Source: Ignavibacteria bacterium (GTDB lineage Bacteria > Bacteroidota > Ignavibacteria > Tepidaquicellales > OLB5). From it: a DNA stretch of 64,000 nucleotides. A model generated the notes under the pieces. It did no database searches and had not been told where the DNA came from. It saw only the letters and a list, made by a program, of their open reading frames with translations. Below are positions 57,743-64,000 of the stretch, in pieces; the first letter of the stretch is position 1, and each line of letters begins with the position of its first letter. The stretch is from the NCBI GenBank assembly GCA_017303675.1, contig JAFLBX010000002.1, positions 1,204,488-1,268,487 on the forward strand. Reading direction: 5' to 3'. The position numbers were made by a program, and so were the translations under genes.

Positions 57743-58510
57743 TTAATTTACAAAAAGTTTAATAAATGCATCAATTCCGATACCATAGGACTGCGATTTA
57801 TATCTTAATACCGATATAACATCAACAAAGATCATAACAGCCCAGTGAACGAGAAAGCAATAAATAAAAGAATTAGAGCGCCAAGCCTGTACACCTAATA
57901 TAAGCCCGGCAAATATTGAAGCAAAGGTTTCTATATCCGGCTTTCCCCTGTGTAATATAAAAAACGGAATCATTTGGATAAAAATTGCATAGTAACCGAA
58001 TTTTTGTTTTAAGCCAAAAAGCATATACCCTCGCCAGAAAAATTCCCAGGCGAGCATATAAAATCCAACAAAAAGCTCGTAGTAAAACAATACGGAAATA
58101 TTTTCCCTTACGAATGGTCCGCCCTGCGGGTAGGTTCTGGCAAAGCTTTCGTTACCTGATACTATCCACAAAAACGGAAGCATCACGACAACAAACAGAA
58201 GTGAAGATTTTAAACCAAACTTATAGTCACCGAGCCTGAAACCATAATCAGAAAGTTTACCTTTAAGTACAAGTGGTATCAGTATAATGGGAATAATAAA
58301 CATCAGGAAACCATCTGCTGTACACCAATACAAAAAAGAATAGAACTTATCATCACTGGTATCAAATACCTTCCTGAAGAAATTTGGTGAAGCATAATGC
58401 ATAGAAAGAAAAGTAATGACAGATACTGAAAGAAAAATAAAAGTTTCTTTGAAGCTGAGCGTTTTAACAGCTTCTAATAGGGATTTAAGTTCAAGTTTGA
58501 AGGAATTCAA
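57743..58510 (-). CDS. CPBP-family intramembrane glutamic endopeptidase (CAAX protease-like)
   Basis: 255 aa polytopic protein with motif 1 WEFFWRG, motif 2 FFILH and motif 3 FLVHW. Confidence 0.75.
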   Translation of the reverse strand: MNSFKLELKSLLEAVKTLSFKETFIFLSVSVITFLSMHYASPNFFRKVFDTSDDKFYSFLYWCTADGFLMFIIPIILIPLVLKGKLSDYGFRLGDYKFGLKSSLLFVVVMLPFLWIVSGNESFARTYPQGGPFVRENISVLFYYELFVGFYMLAWEFFWRGYMLFGLKQKFGYYAIFIQMIPFFILHRGKPDIETFASIFAGLILGVQAWRSNSFIYCFLVHWAVMIFVDVISVLRYKSQSYGIGIDAFIKLFVN

Positions 58511-58527
58511 GAATTTCTGATAATTAT

Positions 58528-59451
58528 TTAATATTTCTTTTTAATAACATACTGAATGGTTTCCGGCTTAACTGAAATTACAGTACAACCGGGTGGAATT
58601 TCAAATACCGGCGTCAGAGAACCTGTAGAATCTGCAAGAATTTTCCTGAAATCAATTTGAGCTGAAATTGTAGCCGGATCTGTATTAGCAAGCTGATTAA
58701 CTCCGCCTTTCAACTGAATGGTAACTGCCTGGGGAATTAAGAGTACTTCTTTATCATCCGGTAATTCTGAAACTTTAATTTCTATATTACTAAATACTTT
58801 TTCAGCTGTCGGCTCAATTTCAACTTTCAGATTAATTTCGTTTTGCGAAAACCATAATATATTTGAAAGACTGTCAGAAACATTGATCTTCCGTGTGATT
58901 CCAGCATTTACATTTTCAAATATCAGATTGCGGGTATTTAAATGGTCAAGTGTCCTTAAAATTTCAAATGCTCCACCTATTTTTATACTATCTGGTTCAA
59001 GTAATGGTTTTCCAACAACCTGGTAACCTTCCATGCAATTAATCTGAAGCTTGGGGTTAAGCTTAACGTATTTTTCTTCATAATTATCTATCTTTACATT
59101 CAGAGTTTCAGGGAAAACAGCAGTTATCTGTAAATTTTGGCTTAAACCCAAATTATTATCAAGGTACTCCTTCGTCAAGATAGTGAACTGATCCTTCTTT
59201 TTGGCATTCACATCATAATTAAATTCCAGATTAAATGAAGTAAACAGCCTGATCAAGTTCCAGCCTGTTCCTCTGAATTTTACCTCAAGGTATAAGGGAA
59301 TATTACCGGATACTGCATATGGCTTATTGACAATGATCTTAACAGGTACTGTTTTTTCAATTTCATACACCTGGTTTAAATTCAGGCTTAGCCACAGGAC
59401 TGCCGAAAGTATAAATGAAGCTATTACTATATGGTATCTGAATTTAAACAC
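58528..59451 (-). CDS. YbbR-like (CdaR-type) repeat-domain protein
   Basis: 307 aa with an N-terminal TM anchor followed by repeated beta-domain patterns (V.V.....P.......V.V.G....L..L) typical of YbbR repeats. Confidence 0.6.
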   Translation of the reverse strand: MFKFRYHIVIASFILSAVLWLSLNLNQVYEIEKTVPVKIIVNKPYAVSGNIPLYLEVKFRGTGWNLIRLFTSFNLEFNYDVNAKKKDQFTILTKEYLDNNLGLSQNLQITAVFPETLNVKIDNYEEKYVKLNPKLQINCMEGYQVVGKPLLEPDSIKIGGAFEILRTLDHLNTRNLIFENVNAGITRKINVSDSLSNILWFSQNEINLKVEIEPTAEKVFSNIEIKVSELPDDKEVLLIPQAVTIQLKGGVNQLANTDPATISAQIDFRKILADSTGSLTPVFEIPPGCTVISVKPETIQYVIKKKY

Positions 59452-59523
59452 TTTTTTATATAAAATTGAATATTCACAAATATCAGTATTATATTTATTT
59501 GTTTAAATCCTAAAATTATCTCA

Positions 59524-59548
59524 TAAAAAAAGCCCCTTAAGAGGGGCT
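59524..59548 (-). terminator. Rho-independent terminator after the GWxTD gene
   Basis: AGCCCCTT-AA-GAGGGGCT, followed on the minus strand by TTTTTTT. Confidence 0.7.
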
Positions 59549-59557
59549 TTTTAAAAT

Positions 59558-60925
59558 TTATCTGATAGTTATCTTATCCCGCCAATTCTCATCACTAATT
59601 TCATTTTGGGCAGTTGAGTGAGCCAAAATAAAATCGCCAAATCCTGTGCTATTATCAATAAATACGAAAATCACACCGCCCTGAAGCTTATTATAAGTCC
59701 ATATTTCATATGCCCTGGTTGAACCTTCATAGGGAAATCTTTCAATTTCATCATATTTTCCGAATAATGCCATAATTCTTCCTCTATCAGTTTTCCAGCC
59801 TTCACGAAGATCGCTTTTGAAATTCTTATTTGCAAAATCAATTCTGGACATGTACTCTTTTTTGGAAATATATGCAGAAATACCTCTCCAATAATTGAAC
59901 ATGAACATTCTTTTTTCATCTAATGTTTTTAGTGATTCATAGTTTTCCTTCTGTTGATCACTCATTAAATAAATAACTTTGTTGAATTCATCATCAACCT
60001 GCTTTTCGGAAAGCTTGGGGTATTCACTTAACAAGTATTGATTTTCAAGCTCGGTTAAATTTTGATTGGAACTTATAGAATCACTGCTAAATACGTAAAA
60101 ATATTTATAAGCCCTCATTAATTCATTATCACCGCTATCCAGCAATTTTATCAGTAATTGATAAGTATTCGAAGGTAAACCTTTAATATCTACTGAACCG
60201 TATTCAACTTTTGAACTGGATTTTAGTTCATATTTTTTAGTTTCTGAATTTATTTCAGTGCCATCCTTATTGGCAATAACGGTAACAATTGAATATTTAT
60301 CACCAAGCTCCGCATTATTCAGGTTATACAGCTCTATATAATAATAAAGCTTAGATAAGTTGTTACCGAATAAATTGGAAGGATTTGGAATTACTTCCAA
60401 AGTGTTTTTATAAAAGATATTACTTTCATCGGTACTTTTGGATATACCTGTACTCAGTTCAACCGTACTCATAATTACTTTATTTAATGGAAATGGCTTT
60501 AAAATGATTTCCTCTTCAGCTTTATTAACTTTTGAACTGTTATTAAAATCAGAAGCTGTCATTTTTACGATGTACGTTCCGGAATCAAGCAGCAGGTTTA
60601 TCTGCCCGGTTAATTTAAAATCCTTTTTATTTCCCGATGTATCATCAAGAATGACAGGTACTTTAAAGTCTTTTGCGACGTAGATCTTGCCGGTGTTCTT
60701 TTCCGATACATCAAGCTGTAATTTCCCACTGGCTTCAAATCCGCCTGTAGTTTTTACAAATAACATCTCCTGGGGTGAAAATGAGTAATATAGTTCAAGA
60801 AATACTTTTGTTCCTTCATCCCTGAAAATTGCATAATCGTAATCAAATGAAAAATCATTTTGAGCAAATATAGCTGTTGAGACTAAAAAAAATAGAATTG
60901 AGAGTTTTTTTAACGGGTTCGACAT
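59558..60925 (-). CDS. GWxTD domain-containing protein
   Basis: 455 aa with a signal peptide and the C-terminal block REGWKTDRGRIMALFGKYDEIERF...YEIWTY. Confidence 0.85.
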   Translation of the reverse strand: MSNPLKKLSILFFLVSTAIFAQNDFSFDYDYAIFRDEGTKVFLELYYSFSPQEMLFVKTTGGFEASGKLQLDVSEKNTGKIYVAKDFKVPVILDDTSGNKKDFKLTGQINLLLDSGTYIVKMTASDFNNSSKVNKAEEEIILKPFPLNKVIMSTVELSTGISKSTDESNIFYKNTLEVIPNPSNLFGNNLSKLYYYIELYNLNNAELGDKYSIVTVIANKDGTEINSETKKYELKSSSKVEYGSVDIKGLPSNTYQLLIKLLDSGDNELMRAYKYFYVFSSDSISSNQNLTELENQYLLSEYPKLSEKQVDDEFNKVIYLMSDQQKENYESLKTLDEKRMFMFNYWRGISAYISKKEYMSRIDFANKNFKSDLREGWKTDRGRIMALFGKYDEIERFPYEGSTRAYEIWTYNKLQGGVIFVFIDNSTGFGDFILAHSTAQNEISDENWRDKITIR

Positions 60926-60950
60926 AATAAGAAAAAATTTAAGTAACAGA

Positions 60951-60981
60951 AAATGCCATTTACATTTGTAAATGGCATTTT
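60951..60981 (-). terminator. Palindromic hairpin between the PorV-like and GWxTD genes
   Basis: AAAATGCCATTACA-TT-TGTAATGGCATTTT is a perfect 14-bp-arm palindrome. The terminal A/T runs are part of the arms. Confidence 0.5.
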
Positions 60982-61009
60982 CGTTTAAAAAGTTTATTTT
61001 TTCACAGAA

Positions 61010-62074
61010 CTAAAAGCCCATCGTGAAAGAAAACCACTGGTTAGGCTGAAAACGTTCAGTCATTCTGTATGAATAATCCAGTCCAAGTTTTACTGTTCCA
61101 AAAGGATACTGTAAGCCTACACCAAATGAAGGACCGAAGAGATTTTGATCTTTCTTTGTAATACCATCTTCAGTTTTGTAATCAGGTGTAAATGCATAAG
61201 CACCTCTTAAAAATACATAGTTGTTATAGTTGTATTCTAGACCAACTCTGTATTCATCACTTGAAAAGTTATTATTCTGAAATGTTGAAGAAAGCTGTAC
61301 GTTGTTTTTCTTTCCAATAGGCACATCATAGGAAATACCTATTTCCAGTGTAGTTGGCAAAGAAAAGTCATTAAGAACAATTCTTCTTGGCTCAGGTGTA
61401 GAACCTGAAGGGGTTCCATATGGTTCATAGTAAGCATCAAGACCACTACCGTCAAATGTCATTGATGGGCCGAAATTCTTTAACGCTACACCGAATTTAA
61501 GACCAGATTTACCCGCGAGATACTGAAGACCAAAATCTACAGCAAAACCTGTAGATGATACAGTCAGAACCTGCTCATAAATTACTTTTACAGTTGCACC
61601 GAACAAAATCTTATCTGACATTTTCCTAGCATAGGAAATTGATGTAGTAAGATATGTTGGCGACCATACTTCACCTGTTCCGTTGGGACTTTCAAGTGTG
61701 GTTACAAGTTCATCACCAAAGCTGAGTGATTTTAAACTTGCCCCTATTACACCTAAATTACCCATATCTACTGCACCTGCAACATAATTTATATTGATAT
61801 CTGCAATGTACTTCATGTGAGAAGCCAGCACCTCAGTTTTATTATTCATTAAAGAAAGACCTGCCGGATTCCAATACATTGCGTCTACACCGGAAATTGA
61901 TGAGATCATTGAGCCACTTAAAGAAGTGCCTCTCGATCCGACCGGAATAAGTAATTCCGGTGCTGCAGAAGTACCGTATCTGCTGCGGTCTCCTGCAAAA
62001 CTAATACTGCCTAACAGCAATGTAAATATCAATGCTGATTTAGCAGCTGTTTTTATTTTATGATATAATTTCAT
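61010..62074 (-). CDS. PorV/PorQ-family outer-membrane beta-barrel protein (T9SS-associated)
   Basis: 354 aa with a signal peptide. The N-terminal block GTSAAPELLIPVGSRGTSLSGSMISSISGVDAMYWNPAGL matches the PorV/PorQ signature pattern. C-terminus is ...WFSFTMGF. Confidence 0.7.
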   Translation of the reverse strand: MKLYHKIKTAAKSALIFTLLLGSISFAGDRSRYGTSAAPELLIPVGSRGTSLSGSMISSISGVDAMYWNPAGLSLMNNKTEVLASHMKYIADININYVAGAVDMGNLGVIGASLKSLSFGDELVTTLESPNGTGEVWSPTYLTTSISYARKMSDKILFGATVKVIYEQVLTVSSTGFAVDFGLQYLAGKSGLKFGVALKNFGPSMTFDGSGLDAYYEPYGTPSGSTPEPRRIVLNDFSLPTTLEIGISYDVPIGKKNNVQLSSTFQNNNFSSDEYRVGLEYNYNNYVFLRGAYAFTPDYKTEDGITKKDQNLFGPSFGVGLQYPFGTVKLGLDYSYRMTERFQPNQWFSFTMGF

Positions 62075-62111
62075 TTTTTTAAGCTCCTTATTGATTTATT
62101 TACAATACTGT

Positions 62112-64000
62112 TTAGAACGAATCAATTCTTTCCTGCGGAGTAAATATCGCAAGCTTTATGGTCTTGGTTCCAATACCCGGTGCATCTATAAATGCTATAT
62201 AAATTCCGCTAGCTACTGGAATTCTGTCAGTATTTAATAGATCCCAATTGATCGTTGTTGAGTTATCATCTTTATTGATTTGTCTTACAAGATTTCCATT
62301 CAATGAATAAATGTAGATAGTTGCTGTTTTTGGCATATTCATGAATTTAATAAATCTGTCAAACGGGCTTGATTCCTGAGCATGACCGCCATAATATGGA
62401 TTTGGTACTACTCTTACGCCTGATAACTCACCTCTTTGTGATGCTAATTCAGTACTTCCAATTGTTGGAGCTGTTGAACTTCCGGTTTCCACAACAGTAA
62501 CTGTTCCGGGTGACTGCTGATACTGTAACCTTGTATATGGTACAATTTCAAGAACATCACCGTTATTGTAAGCAGGTCCGCTTGTAAGTAATCTTGGCTG
62601 CCAGATATAAGAAATATCCATTAACCTGAATTGTACACCGACCTGGATATTCTTTGTTGTATAGAATGTATTCGGGTTAGCATCATATGTTGAATACATT
62701 ATATAAACAAATTCATAACCGCCATCAGGTGTATTTTTTGGATTCCATGTACCGCTTGAGTCATAGTCATAGAAAGCAACGTTTAACTGACGCGGAACCG
62801 TGGAATTTGTATCTAATGGATCATCTAATTCTACTTTAAACGGAACATCTACATAGTCCTGGTAAGGAGCATTAATACTGCTTCCTCTGTACCTGTACGC
62901 TTTTTGTGTTGTTCCGAAAGTTATCTTAACATTTTTCAATGCAGATGTTTTTAAGAATGAGGCTGTGTCTATTTTACTTGTATAATTCAATCTATAATTA
63001 TTACCTGAAGGCCAGCTAAGTCCCATTGATAAGCTTTGTGGAGCTCTATATGTTGTTGAGAACAAAGTTCTTAAAGAAGCTGTATCTGCGCCGCCTAAGT
63101 TCAATGTTCCTCCTGTATAATTCCAGCCTCTATTTACAGATTGGGAACCGGTTACCGGATCCTTTATAACACCATAGTTAAAGATTGAAATAGTATCTGC
63201 TTTAAACATCAATCCATCTGCTACAAAAGCATTTGGATCTGAGAAGCTCTTCCCGATCATATTACCAAGGATAGTATCTACCTGGGCATTCTGTATTCTT
63301 ACGACTTTCCATGTTGCATCTGATGTCCAAACCATCTTATATTTTGCCGTAACAACCTTTGACGGATCTACAACAATAGCACCAAACACTTTATCAGGTC
63401 TGTTAATCGATAATGTATCGAATTGTTTATTGATAAAATTTGTGCCTATCATCGGGAAATTAGGAGTAACGTTTATCAGCTGTGAAGATACCGGATTTTC
63501 GAGTACTTTAAACGGCTTACCGGCATTTAAATTTACACCATATGCTGTAACTGCGAAGCGATATGTTGTTCCGTTGATAAAGAAGTTGTTAACTCCTGTT
63601 GGATACTGGTTTGCTGTTAATGATATAATTCTGCTTACACCATTATCATTTCCAAATGCAACCGGTTTATATTCATCTTCGGTAGTACCGCTTGGCTGAA
63701 TTGTCCTTACAGTATCATATACAACTTTTATACCGTCTTTAATATCATAAACTGCAAGTAAAGTTCTGTCAGTAACATTATCACCTGATGTTCCGGGTTT
63801 TACCTGGTAAATATTGTAGCCCTGGAATCTCCATGAACCTGTTTGGCCTAATGAGTCGAACACATTGTAAGACTCAGACCTGGAACCCCAGTAAAGTGTA
63901 ATTTTACCGTCACCATTTGCTACAGCACTAACCTGTGGTGTTGGCGGAAGCGGTGTAGCTGCAAAGTTTGAATTGTAAAATTTCTGAACTCTCGAACCTG
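62112..64000 (-). CDS. Large secreted protein with a variant C-terminal sorting-domain-like module (C-terminal part; continues past the right edge)
   Basis: The frame stays open upstream of the track start (GTG at 63863) to position 64000 (my own translation: ...ITLYWGSRSESYNVFDSLG...). The C-terminus is VRVVPNPYYGG...ATIYIYSLNGNLV...SGIYIAFI...KLAIF. Confidence 0.7.
   Translation of the reverse strand, partial: GSRVQKFYNSNFAATPLPPTPQVSAVANGDGKITLYWGSRSESYNVFDSLGQTGSWRFQGYNIYQVKPGTSGDNVTDRTLLAVYDIKDGIKVVYDTVRTIQPSGTTEDEYKPVAFGNDNGVSRIISLTANQYPTGVNNFFINGTTYRFAVTAYGVNLNAGKPFKVLENPVSSQLINVTPNFPMIGTNFINKQFDTLSINRPDKVFGAIVVDPSKVVTAKYKMVWTSDATWKVVRIQNAQVDTILGNMIGKSFSDPNAFVADGLMFKADTISIFNYGVIKDPVTGSQSVNRGWNYTGGTLNLGGADTASLRTLFSTTYRAPQSLSMGLSWPSGNNYRLNYTSKIDTASFLKTSALKNVKITFGTTQKAYRYRGSSINAPYQDYVDVPFKVELDDPLDTNSTVPRQLNVAFYDYDSSGTWNPKNTPDGGYEFVYIMYSTYDANPNTFYTTKNIQVGVQFRLMDISYIWQPRLLTSGPAYNNGDVLEIVPYTRLQYQQSPGTVTVVETGSSTAPTIGSTELASQRGELSGVRVVPNPYYGGHAQESSPFDRFIKFMNMPKTATIYIYSLNGNLVRQINKDDNSTTINWDLLNTDRIPVASGIYIAFIDAPGIGTKTIKLAIFTPQERIDSF

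Overview
This is a visibly AT-rich chromosomal window from an FCB-superphylum bacterium, probably an Ignavibacteria/Bacteroidota-like lineage. The lineage call rests on several secreted proteins ending in T9SS type-A sorting domains (NYPNPFNP...SGVYFY...KKMVLVK), a PorV/PorQ-like outer membrane protein, a GWxTD-domain protein and a GxxExxY protein. Most of the window is housekeeping: folP, metG, Mrp/NifU Fe-S carriers, plsY, gpsA, nadC, kdsA, ligA, rodZ-like, ygfZ-like, fbaB, a CCA-adding enzyme, xerD, a PgpH-like 7TM-HD hydrolase, kup, lptB, cobB and pdxJ. I found no rRNA, tRNA or CRISPR array. The unusual content is the density and variety of short repeat families and the small cassettes they bracket. 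(1) A RAYT (REP-associated Y1/HUH transposase) gene is flanked by inverted REP hairpins. (2) A GxxExxY nuclease-fold gene sits between two direct copies of a ~160-170 bp element with terminal inverted repeats. (3) A YkgJ-type Cys-cluster gene carries clusters of GC-rich stem-loop elements inside its open reading frame. (4) A gene for a His-rich membrane protein is flanked by word-like tandem repeats and a 134-nt C-free tract. (5) A ~124-bp insertion bracketed by direct repeats duplicates the 3' end of a trmH-like gene. Other points worth a second look are a kup gene with no canonical start codon upstream of its conserved N-terminal motif, a 33-codon Lys-rich ORF overlapping the start of an EamA transporter gene (TAATG), a cargo/PorV-like/GWxTD gene cluster at the right edge, and an 1177-aa outer-membrane barrel candidate. 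All functional calls come from motif recognition by eye, and no database search was possible.
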